Positions 38,947 through 47,359 of a DNA stretch of 64,000 nt are shown here, piece by piece. The position numbers were made by a program, and so were the translations under genes. Below the pieces are notes generated by a model. The model did not search any database. It had not been told where the DNA came from and worked only from the letters and a program-made list of their open reading frames with translations. Source of the stretch: a virus; the IMG/VR virus record IMGVR_UViG_3300033153_008183, positions 16,918-80,917 of that record; one strand, written 5' to 3'. Each line of letters begins with the position of its first letter. Within the stretch, counting starts at the first letter, position 1.

Positions 38947-39353
38947 ACAGAATCAAAAGCATCATAAATAATTTTCTTTTTATGCAGCTTCGCTTCTTTT
39001 CTCATATTCGCAGTTCCACTTCCTCCTGGAAACAGAAAAACGTAATCAGTATAAGCAGCCATTTCCCGATTTCGATTATGGCCTGCAATACAGTTATATC
39101 TGCTTCCGTCCCATCTCTCTTTCACAATGCATGGATCCACAGTTAAATCATCCCATAAAGCCGGAAATGGTTTTACTTTTAAATCCAGAATATCTGCACA
39201 GAATTCTCCAAACTCATCAGCCCCAGAAGCTTTCCCGGAAACGATTATTTTTATATTATATTTCCGAACCATTTTCCGCACTAATTTAAAATCGGAAAGG
39301 GAACCATCAAAGTCTCTTCTTCCTGCTATCACGCAACGCTTATTATTTTTCAC
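38943..39353 (-). CDS. SLOG/YspA-like (DUF2493) protein
   Basis: IAGRRDF, IVSG.A.GAD, FPA.W, AG..RN..MA, GSGTANM. Confidence 0.85.
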   Translation of the reverse strand: MKNNKRCVIAGRRDFDGSLSDFKLVRKMVRKYNIKIIVSGKASGADEFGEFCADILDLKVKPFPALWDDLTVDPCIVKERWDGSRYNCIAGHNRNREMAAYTDYVFLFPGGSGTANMRKEAKLHKKKIIYDAFDSV

Positions 39354-39409
39354 GAAGTGAACTCCTTACATATTTATTATAGATTAAATAAATAAAAACG
39401 GTATTACTA

Positions 39410-39563
39410 TTTTTACCGGAAAGAAATTATCTTTTTAATTTTTTACGTTTTTCGAAGAAAACGGTAAAGTATCTATAAGTTTACTTATAGTACTTTACTC
39501 TAAGACTATGTTCTTATAGCTCGGCCTTTTCGACAATTGTTGATTTATGACAATAGTTGATTT
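39410..39563 (-). repeat. Non-coding inverted copy of internal segment (~57093-57240) of initiator gene; candidate second origin
   Basis: 52/65 identical ungapped in first block by manual alignment; same two 17-bp-period CAACWATTGT boxes. Confidence 0.75.
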
Positions 39564-39634
39564 TAATAAGTACAAAATAGTGATAAATTTTAAAACCAAC
39601 TATCTGCATATGGGTGCAAAAGTTGAATTACAAT

Positions 39635-39982
39635 TTATTCTGGAATTTCATATGCAGATATGGTAAATCCAGTATCATTCATAAGGAATCCCGGACCTGT
39701 AAACAGTACAGTTCTAAACTCTTTCCGGTTATCTACAACACTCCGGATTACCAGATTAAAAACCTGCAGAACATCTGGTTTTTCCGGCATGTTGTAATGG
39801 GATAAAATATCACATAGAACTTCTTCTTTTTTCCGCAATACAGGTATTTTATTTTTCCCTATTATCTCAACAGTCTCCCCCAGATCCCTGGTTATCCCAA
39901 CTCTGGTAATCTGCTCAATATTATCAATTAAAACATTACCATTTTCCGTATTCATCATCTTTAAAATCATAAAATCCTCCAT
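39635..39982 (-). CDS. Hypothetical protein
   Basis: 115 aa; C-terminal FLMNDTGFTI motif of small phage proteins; TATAAT upstream. Confidence 0.55.
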   Translation of the reverse strand: MEDFMILKMMNTENGNVLIDNIEQITRVGITRDLGETVEIIGKNKIPVLRKKEEVLCDILSHYNMPEKPDVLQVFNLVIRSVVDNRKEFRTVLFTGPGFLMNDTGFTISAYEIPE

Positions 39983-40691
39983 ATATCTTAAATACTATTA
40001 TACACGAATTCCGGGGAAATAAAACTAAAGATTCATATTGCTTGTTAAAAGTCATTTAAACGACAGTACAGGATTATGTTTTATTATTTTTAGCACAATA
40101 TCGTCAAAATTATAAAAGTATCAAATCGAATACAATAACAGTACAAGGCAAAAATCCAGTTTACACACATACAATGAAGAATAAACGTAATATTTTAATT
40201 AGCACAATATTGTCATACTCTCAAAAACCATATAAATACCCACATTTCTTATAAATTTTTTATAGAAAATAAGGATCAACTTAAATACAGCTCAGATTTA
40301 CATATAAACACTGCAGAAACACTCTAAACTACTCCGTAGAAGTGCTACAGACAACAATAACAGCTGCAGGAGCAATACAGACAGCAGGACCGGAGAAAAG
40401 GTACCAGAAACACAGTAAGGAGTGTATAGAGAGGCAGGAGAAGCATATTAGGACAATAACTATAATAAAAATTTTTATAGTATACATAAGTAACATACTC
40501 TATAGAGAGGTATTATCATATAAAATTTAGAGTTAAAACCCCCACACCCCTATACCAGGTGCCCCTGCCCCCTGCTGCCTTTCTGCCCATACTACAATAG
40601 CAGATATCAACAATAGCCATATTATAACAATTGCTATATTGCTTGTGGGGTTGTCCTTTAATTCAATAGAGAATTTCATTTTGATTTAACT

Positions 40692-40812
40692 CTATGCTAT
40701 ATATAGACTTGTTAGTAACTTGTTGATAATAAACTGTTGATAACTTACATGCAATTGTCACTTAGTTACAATTGTTGAATGATTGCAATTGCATAATCTG
40801 TCTATAGCATAG
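40692..40812. promoter_or_regulatory. DnaA-box-like cluster bracketed by 10-bp inverted repeat
   Basis: TGTTGATAA at 40721 and 40735; ACAATTGTTGA at 40768; CTATGCTATA/TATAGCATAG flanks. Confidence 0.5.
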
Positions 40813-41273
40813 TTTAAATGGGAAGATGTAAAGAGTATAGTTACCACTTCTTACTACTTAATTACATAGGTTTTATTATTTATATATTACTACTATTTCT
40901 ATTGTTATACTTATTAAGAACTATCTTCAATATTACTATGCTTGTATTCTATTGTACTTATCCTGTTATAGTTTATTCTATTCATTGCTATTATTCACTC
41001 TATTCATTGCTATTATATCTATGATCATTATACCTATGCATATCGGATTAAATTATATCTATATCTCCTTTTGTATCCTATGCAATAACTCTTGTATTCA
41101 TCCGGTTATATTCTTACTTACTATCCTTGCAATTGTATCTATTCTATTATTCACTTATCTATCATTATTTCACTGTTCAAACTGGACAAAATTTCCCTAA
41201 AAACTACTTAATATTTGTACAGTAAAAAAATAATTTATTTTACTATTTATATGTCAAATGACCAATAAATCGT

Positions 41274-41302
41274 TTGACATATGAATCTATTAATATTATA
41301 CT
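41274..41302 (+). promoter_or_regulatory. Strong sigma70-type early promoter
   Basis: TTGACA-17-TATACT; -35 is part of inverted repeat atatgtcaaa...tttgacatat. Confidence 0.75.
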
Positions 41303-41424
41303 CATATTAGATAGTAAGTAAACAGATAAGTTTTTATTATCTTAAAAAGGCAGTTCTGACAACCTGCAAATATTGACATAAAAAACAGTGAATATCTTAG
41401 TATATATACTGTACCATTCAAATG

Positions 41425-41478
41425 AAAATGCTTGTGTTTATACCCTTTATTTACAAAGGGTATTTGCATGATTATTTT
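41425..41478 (+). promoter_or_regulatory. Conserved leader stem-loop, copy 1
   Basis: AAAATGCTTGTG / CATGATTATTTT lower stem; ATACCCTTT / AAAGGGTAT upper stem. Confidence 0.65.
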
Positions 41479-41516
41479 ACAATCAAAATAAATAGAGTTT
41501 AAAAGGATGTTTAATT

Positions 41517-41687
41517 ATGACCGCAACAGAAAAAATGATAAGTAGATTAGACAATGCAAATAGATATCAGGCTGAAGTAACAAGAAACACAATTACACCA
41601 AAACCCGTAAATTACAGCTTTAATTCAGCAAGTGATTTTAATGTATTTGTTAATAGCAAAAAGTCTTTTTATGGGATAAACAAATAG
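41517..41687 (+). CDS. 56-aa pre-early protein (not in ORF track)
   Basis: MTATEKMISRLDNANRY...; RBS aaggatg shared with 42269 gene. Confidence 0.65.
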   Translation: MTATEKMISRLDNANRYQAEVTRNTITPKPVNYSFNSASDFNVFVNSKKSFYGINK

Positions 41688-41746
41688 TCAATAAATAATG
41701 GTGTATGCCGTTATTAAAAATAAATAAGGGAAATAGGTAAAACAAA

Positions 41747-42172
41747 ATGGAGACAACTAAAAAAGCAACATTTACAGTAAATGAATTGAAAGACAGTGTA
41801 AAAAGCAAAATGGAATTTGCCGGATTATATGCAAAGCTAGCAAGTGTAAAAACTGTTGAATACGGTATTAAGTCTATTATCAAAGCTGAAGAATTAGCAA
41901 AACAGACTGTTGAATTTTCAAGAGATAAACTTATTGAATTAAACAAGTTTTTTGAAAGTAGAAATATTAGTAAAATGGATCTTTTGACAATCATAATTGA
42001 AATTATCATCTATGCTGTTAGTATTATGTTGCTTACTAATACCGGATCTATCCTATTCTTAATAATTGCCTTAATAGATGTTTATTGCCTTTCTTACAAT
42101 TTGACCGGTTTATTCATGAATATAGCCTTAAACCGATCAAATAGAAAAACAGTAAAAGTACAAGCTTTATAA
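41747..42172 (+). CDS. Pre-early membrane protein
   Basis: Helical N-terminal half, two hydrophobic segments near C-terminus. Confidence 0.65.
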   Translation: METTKKATFTVNELKDSVKSKMEFAGLYAKLASVKTVEYGIKSIIKAEELAKQTVEFSRDKLIELNKFFESRNISKMDLLTIIIEIIIYAVSIMLLTNTGSILFLIIALIDVYCLSYNLTGLFMNIALNRSNRKTVKVQAL

Positions 42173-42176
42173 TCTT

Positions 42177-42232
42177 AAAATACTTGTATTTACAGTCTAC
42201 CGTCAAAAGTAGACTGTCTTTATGATTATTTT
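42177..42232 (+). promoter_or_regulatory. Conserved leader stem-loop, copy 2
   Basis: AAAATACTTGTA / TATGATTATTTT lower stem; ACAGTCTAC / GTAGACTGT upper stem. Confidence 0.65.
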
Positions 42233-42268
42233 ACTATAATCAAATAAATATTATAAGGATGTTTAAAA

Positions 42269-43075
42269 ATGGAACAAAAAACGATTATGAGTAAAGAACA
42301 AGTAAAGGAGAGCAGGGAAGAAAGAGAATTCCGGCTTGCAAGGGAAGGGAAGAATTCAGCCCGTAATTATGCTGATAGTATGATTATGAGTAAAGAACAG
42401 ACCGGTTTCTGTCCATGTCAATTATGGGTGAATAACCATGAATTCAAGTCTATAAAGTTTACTGATAACATTGTACAGGCTTTTATAGGCAAGAAAAGAA
42501 AGACTATTCTCTATGAAATATGGGGTAAAGGTGGATTTGATAAAGATGAAGTAAACGAAGTATCAACGTCAAGGTTCCCAATGAGCTATGATGATTTTAG
42601 CGAATTCATTTATAGCGAATCTTCCCTTATATTTGTTGAAGCTTTACAATCTTATAATGCCTTGAAAGGTAGAAGTTTTTTATCATGGTACTGGTATAAA
42701 CTATCTGATTTAATGGTACGATTTTGGAGACAAGCCCATAAATTAGGTATGTCTAAAAACAGTCTTCAGGACTATACTGATATTGGACGACAAAATAATG
42801 TTGACAATTCCATGGTTATTTTCAGGGAAAGTCTATCTACTTATGGCCGGAATTTACTTCTTGAACTAGAAACCGGTATTGGTTTCAAGCTTAAAAAATC
42901 GGACGTCAATAAAAACGTTTCTTGTCATATGGGTAAACGAAATTTTTGGGATACCTTTATTAAAGATAAGAAAATTACTTTTAATCAATTTTCTATTGCG
43001 TGGGAAGAAATAAGGGAAGAATTCCAAAATTTGGAATTGAATAATACAGTCTTTACCATAGGCAAAACAGCATAA
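42269..43075 (+). CDS. Sigma-factor-like protein (region 2-like), paralog of 53461..53952, with N-terminal extension
   Basis: IFVEALQSYNALKGRSFLSW; LS..GR.LL; WEEIREEFQNL. Confidence 0.6.
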   Translation: MEQKTIMSKEQVKESREEREFRLAREGKNSARNYADSMIMSKEQTGFCPCQLWVNNHEFKSIKFTDNIVQAFIGKKRKTILYEIWGKGGFDKDEVNEVSTSRFPMSYDDFSEFIYSESSLIFVEALQSYNALKGRSFLSWYWYKLSDLMVRFWRQAHKLGMSKNSLQDYTDIGRQNNVDNSMVIFRESLSTYGRNLLLELETGIGFKLKKSDVNKNVSCHMGKRNFWDTFIKDKKITFNQFSIAWEEIREEFQNLELNNTVFTIGKTA

Positions 43076-43098
43076 AACAAGCTGCACAAGCTTACTTT

Positions 43099-43134
43099 AG
43101 CCGGTTGATACTAATCTATCAATCGGCTTTTTTT
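43099..43134 (+). terminator. Intrinsic terminator of pre-early unit
   Basis: AGCCGGTTGATA-6-TATCAATCGGCT plus T run. Confidence 0.85.
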
Positions 43135-43259
43135 GTGTCTATAGGGAAGTGATAAAGCAATGAAAAAATTCAAAATTTGACTTTCCCTGGTGAATAAAAA
43201 TTTTTGAAAAATTCTGTCCAGTCTATACCTGATAATCTATAACAAAAAAACTAATATTC

Positions 43260-43292
43260 TTATGCAAATAATTCATTTTAAACTGATAGTAT
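43260..43292 (+). promoter_or_regulatory. Phage promoter motif copy 1
   Basis: TTATGCA-5-TTCAT-6-CTGATAGTAT. Confidence 0.65.
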
Positions 43293-43351
43293 AGTAACTA
43301 AAAAACAATGTTTAATTTATACATTGTTTTATAACATCCTTTATTTATTTT

Positions 43352-43400
43352 GTGTTACAATCCGGTCAAATTATATCATCGGATTGTAACACGGTTTTTT
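43352..43400 (+). terminator. 13-bp hairpin followed by T run
   Basis: GTGTTACAATCCG...CGGATTGTAACAC then ggtttttt. Confidence 0.6.
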
Positions 43401-43600
43401 GTACAATAAAGGTGATAATCAGTCAATTGTCGATTTGTTTTATTTGTTTATAATCAAATATTGACAAATAAAAAAAACAGTAAAATAATAGATTATTTTT
43501 AATAAATCAAATAGTAAAAAATTCTGATAGAAAATAACCGTAAAAAACAGTAGAAAATAGCAATGTTTTTATCGTGATTGTTTCACAAGCAAATTTGAAG

Positions 43601-43641
43601 TTATCCACAATGTCAACAGGTTATTAACAAAGTTATCCACA
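43601..43641 (+). promoter_or_regulatory. DnaA box cluster
   Basis: Perfect TTATCCACA at 43601 and 43633; degenerate TTATTAACA at 43621. Confidence 0.7.
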
Positions 43642-43863
43642 AGTGATTACGTACTTTTCAAATTTTCGAATTTTTACATTTTTAAAAAAGTAAGCTCGGA
43701 TTCGCAGGGAAAATTTGAATTTTTTTTGAAAAACAATAGAGAGTTATAACAGTAAAGAATAAAACGGTATTCTCTCATATAATACAACAGTGTATTTTTT
43801 CCAGGATGATGACTGGACTAAAATTTTCACGTACTTTTCCTGGTATGAATAAAATTAAAAAAT

Positions 43864-43976
43864 TTATGCATTTTTTTCATATTACACTGATAGTATAATG
43901 TACAAAAAAACAATTTAAACTTATAAAAAATAATTAAAAAATATCATGTAAATAATTCATTTTACACTGATAGTAT
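43864..43976 (+). promoter_or_regulatory. Phage promoter motif copies 2 and 3
   Basis: TYATGYA-5-TTCAT-6-CTGATAGTAT at 43864 and 43944. Confidence 0.65.
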
Positions 43977-44049
43977 ACATGTAATTAAACAAGTAAAAAA
44001 TATATTAAATATTGTAAATCATGCACTTATTGTAAACAATTTGATCCTG

Positions 44050-44087
44050 ACCCCTTCCCCTATATAGGAACATATTAGGGGAGGGGT
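44050..44087. other. GC-rich hairpin at start of early region
   Basis: ACCCCT(T)CCCCTA...TAGGGGAGGGGT. Confidence 0.65.
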
Positions 44088-44137
44088 GGTGGTTGTTTTA
44101 CCCGAGAATTTCGATTTGATTTATCCTGGAGGATATT

Positions 44138-44257
44138 ATGAAAAGAAAAGACAGATCAAAAGCCCAGTCTGTAAAAAGACTTCAGAGATCCATACGAAAG
44201 TTTGGTATGACTGATAATAAAGTATCAGCTCTGAAAGATCTCAAACATTCTGTATAA
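44138..44257 (+). CDS. 39-aa basic protein (not in ORF track)
   Basis: MKRKDRSKAQSVKRLQRSIRKFG...; RBS ggagg. Confidence 0.6.
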   Translation: MKRKDRSKAQSVKRLQRSIRKFGMTDNKVSALKDLKHSV

Positions 44258-44311
44258 ATGTTTGGACGGACAGTTTACGACTGTCTGTTTGATTATTTAT
44301 TGGAGGATCGT

Positions 44312-44590
44312 ATGGAATACGGTGATTTGAACAGCATTTTACTTGAGGGTAAGGTGGTTGAAACCCATGAAAAAGATTTTGTAATCCAGTCTTTCAGGAA
44401 TGCAGAAGATGAGGCTGGTGAAACTATTAAAATTGAAAATCGATTTCAGATTATGACTCCATTCGGTAGAAAGTACACCCTTGAAAAAGGTATGAATGTA
44501 CGTATTGTCGGACGGCTGCAAGGTGAAGAATATGCTGAAAGAATCACTATTATGCCTGATGCAATAGAGATTATGAGGAGTGAACCATGA
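44312..44590 (+). CDS. Short SSB-like OB-fold protein
   Basis: LNSILLEG...KGMNVRIVGRL; RBS ggagg before ATG 44312. Confidence 0.65.
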   Translation: MEYGDLNSILLEGKVVETHEKDFVIQSFRNAEDEAGETIKIENRFQIMTPFGRKYTLEKGMNVRIVGRLQGEEYAERITIMPDAIEIMRSEP

Positions 44591-44979
44591 AAGGTATAAG
44601 AATCTCCGAATATGAAAAGAGAGAATTTGAAGGATCGGATGCGGATCTTGAAACTTCCCTCTTTGAATATGGATTGATATGGAAGAAATTCAAGAGAGCT
44701 GTGAAAAAGTATCCATGCGTGAAAGGTGAGTATTTTTTTGTTGCTTATGATGGCCCGGAAGATGGTAAGAATGGACGATGGACTACAGGGTGGATTGATC
44801 CTAATAGATATCCCATAGAAGAGGAATTTGACTGGGTTGACTGGACAGAATTTTTAGACTGTCAAGGTCAGACCATGGAAGAATTTAAATCAATGGATTT
44901 TGGTATGCAAGTTTACATGCTGACTAATTATTATGGTGCTGATAATACCATAGGTTCAACAGGATGGTGGGAGACATGA
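44587..44979 (+). CDS. Hypothetical early protein
   Basis: ATGA-coupled acidic ORF. Confidence 0.6.
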   Translation: MKGIRISEYEKREFEGSDADLETSLFEYGLIWKKFKRAVKKYPCVKGEYFFVAYDGPEDGKNGRWTTGWIDPNRYPIEEEFDWVDWTEFLDCQGQTMEEFKSMDFGMQVYMLTNYYGADNTIGSTGWWET

Positions 44980-45482
44980 TGATTAAATGTGATATAAAGG
45001 AAGATCGCATGGGCAATATTACTGTCTATCCGGTTGCAAAACGACACAATTATCCTTCCTTGTTTTTCCAGGAAGGATCGCATTATGAATTTTTGGAATC
45101 TCTTTCAAAATATGTTCAAGAAGCTATAAATGAAGGGTACACTGTTAAAATATTATTATCTGATGAATACTTCATGGATAGAGATTTTGAAGATTATCTT
45201 ACAGAAATTCTCCCTCATGGATCTGGTATAGACTGTGACTGGGAATTTTCTGAACAGAAAGATGGTAAATTAGTCTGTAAGAATTCATATCATGCAATGG
45301 ATGAATGGGGTGGTTATATTGGATTCATAGATTTTTCCATACGATTTCACCGGAAAAATCCTACAGATTTTATATTGCAGTTTCATACAAATAAGGCCGG
45401 TTATCGGCAAATTGAAAGAACTGATCTCCGTAGTTATTTGGATGATATATTTTATTATGCATTGGAGAAATTTGAAGCATAG
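44976..45482 (+). CDS. Hypothetical early protein (LPHGSGID motif)
   Basis: LPHGSGIDCDW...NSYH.MDE.G.Y motif seen in phage early genes. Confidence 0.6.
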   Translation: MMIKCDIKEDRMGNITVYPVAKRHNYPSLFFQEGSHYEFLESLSKYVQEAINEGYTVKILLSDEYFMDRDFEDYLTEILPHGSGIDCDWEFSEQKDGKLVCKNSYHAMDEWGGYIGFIDFSIRFHRKNPTDFILQFHTNKAGYRQIERTDLRSYLDDIFYYALEKFEA

Positions 45483-45490
45483 GTGGTGTT

Positions 45491-45925
45491 ATGAACAGAA
45501 AACAAGAATTACTTCATGAACTAATGGTCATGGAGAAAGAGAACCCCACAAAGAAGATAACAGCTCCTGGGGACGCTTTCCCCTTGTATGCTGAGTATTG
45601 TGACAAGAAGCAGGAACACTTCATGGTGACTACCCTTAATGGTGCACACGAACTGATTAAGACCCATGTTGTAAGTATTGGACTGGTAAATCGGACTTTG
45701 GTACATCCACGGGAGATTTTCCGTCCAGCGATAGAAGATAATGCAGCAGCCATAATGATTTGTCATAATCATCCAAGCTCTAATTTGGAACCATCTATTG
45801 AAGATAAAGAAATCACAACTCGATTAATAAAAGCTGGTATCATTATAGGAATAGAGATTTTAGATCATCTGATAGTTTCTACAAAAGGATATTACTCATT
45901 TCTTGAAGAAAATTTGTTGCATTAA
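45491..45925 (+). CDS. radC: RadC-like JAB domain protein
   Basis: QEHF, VHPREIF, HNHPS...PS.ED, LDH. Confidence 0.92.
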   Translation: MNRKQELLHELMVMEKENPTKKITAPGDAFPLYAEYCDKKQEHFMVTTLNGAHELIKTHVVSIGLVNRTLVHPREIFRPAIEDNAAAIMICHNHPSSNLEPSIEDKEITTRLIKAGIIIGIEILDHLIVSTKGYYSFLEENLLH

Positions 45926-45952
45926 TCATAAAATATGGAAAGGAATGAAATT

Positions 45953-46285
45953 ATGAGTGAAGAAGAATCTGTATGCATTATAGACTTTGCAGGAAATTAT
46001 AATCAATGTGGTGTCTGGTGTGATTATTTTCCAAAGCACAAAACTGTAAAATTTGGTGGTGCATGGTCTGACATACCTAATATGCCGATAGATCATGAAC
46101 CGGAACAAGATGAATGTTATGACTGGATTAAAAAACATAAAGAATTTGATTACAGTCAATTAGATAAACTGACTATAGCAATCATTGTGGAAGATAATCC
46201 GAATGACCGAGATAAAGTCAGTAGATTACTTAAACAAGCATTGAAGGAGAAAATGGATGAGGCAGCAGAAAAAATCCAGGATTAA
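45953..46285 (+). CDS. Hypothetical early protein
   Basis: RBS aagga; start MSEEE. Confidence 0.55.
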   Translation: MSEEESVCIIDFAGNYNQCGVWCDYFPKHKTVKFGGAWSDIPNMPIDHEPEQDECYDWIKKHKEFDYSQLDKLTIAIIVEDNPNDRDKVSRLLKQALKEKMDEAAEKIQD

Positions 46286-46415
46286 AGTACTCAGAAAGAA
46301 ACTTGCAGAAATTGAATCGGGGAAGTGGAGAGCTACCGATGAAGATAAAAAGAAATTGAAACAGGCTTTAATTGATGCTGAATTGATTGAACCTGAAAAG
46401 GAGGAGAATTGTTGA
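46257..46415 (+). CDS. 52-aa hypothetical protein (not in ORF track)
   Basis: MRQQKKSRIKVLRKK...; aaggag upstream. Confidence 0.4.
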   Translation: MRQQKKSRIKVLRKKLAEIESGKWRATDEDKKKLKQALIDAELIEPEKEENC

Positions 46416-46534
46416 AATAGAGAATAGTTATATTACCGGTTTTGAATAGTGATTGGGGGATGGTGGGTTATTCATCATGGAATTTCAATCATCAAGACCG
46501 GCTGTGTAAATATTACTCTTGAAAGGAGTGAATT

Positions 46535-46738
46535 ATGACTGTAGAAGAAATCAAAAAAGCTGTAGATGAGGGAAAAACAGTTTATTGGAGTAGTGAAATA
46601 TATCCAGTAATTAAAGATAGAATAGGACAGTATCTTATCAATTGTACAATATCTACTATGTGCATTGGATTAACATGGTTGGATGGTGTTACTTTAAATG
46701 GTACTGAAGATGAATTCTTTATTGCTTTGGAAAATTAA
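46535..46738 (+). CDS. Conserved small phage protein
   Basis: MTVEEIKKAVDEGKTVYW; RBS aaggag. Confidence 0.65.
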   Translation: MTVEEIKKAVDEGKTVYWSSEIYPVIKDRIGQYLINCTISTMCIGLTWLDGVTLNGTEDEFFIALEN

Positions 46739-46748
46739 AGGAGTTCAT

Positions 46749-47129
46749 ATGAGTGATATAAGTTTAGATGATTGTAGTCTGGAAAATTTAAAAGAGATAT
46801 TGAGTTCAAAAATGAGAGAACTTAAAGCATCTCAGGATTATATTAATGGGATCACAGGTTTTGCTAATGAGGCTCATATCACTGTTATTCTTGAACGTGT
46901 TAAAAGACAGACAAAAGAATGTGAAGAAATTGTGCGTCACATAGAAAATAGAATGACTATTGAAAAACAGATACTAATTGGAAGTATTCAGAAAATAACA
47001 AAATCTATGGGTAAAAGATTGTCTCATGAAATATTGAAAACAAAATCCATAGAATCGTTGCGGTTATTTCAAATGGATCTTCTTGAGAATTATGATAAAA
47101 AGGTAAAGGAGATTATTCATGAAAATTGA
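46749..47129 (+). CDS. Hypothetical protein
   Basis: RBS aaggag before MSDIS. Confidence 0.55.
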   Translation: MSDISLDDCSLENLKEILSSKMRELKASQDYINGITGFANEAHITVILERVKRQTKECEEIVRHIENRMTIEKQILIGSIQKITKSMGKRLSHEILKTKSIESLRLFQMDLLENYDKKVKEIIHEN

Positions 47130-47355
47130 AGTAAAATTTAATGTTGGTGATACTTTTGTTTGGAAAGACAATAGGGAAGCAAAAAATCGCAAAGTAAAAA
47201 AAATTATTATTAATGATAAAGGCATTTTTTACGAGACATTTACACCTCATGGAAATTATTATATTCAACATGAAGAGAATGTTTGTTTTTTCACCAGAGA
47301 AGAATGCAATCTGGCAATCATAGAAGAAATTGCAGGAGAAACCAGAAAGGAGTGA
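47119..47355 (+). CDS. Hypothetical protein
   Basis: MKIEVKFNVGD...FFTREEC motif of small phage proteins. Confidence 0.6.
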   Translation: MKIEVKFNVGDTFVWKDNREAKNRKVKKIIINDKGIFYETFTPHGNYYIQHEENVCFFTREECNLAIIEEIAGETRKE

Positions 47356-47359
47356 ATCT

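Noticed and set aside
2231-39805. Many + strand ORFs opposite the late genes, and - strand ORFs opposite early genes
   Set aside because: Antisense shadows of well-supported genes, without RBS or motifs.
40342-41200. ORFs 40342..40530, 40818..41024 and 40952..41200
   Set aside because: Products mirror low-complexity strand-skewed DNA, with no RBS or recognisable motifs.
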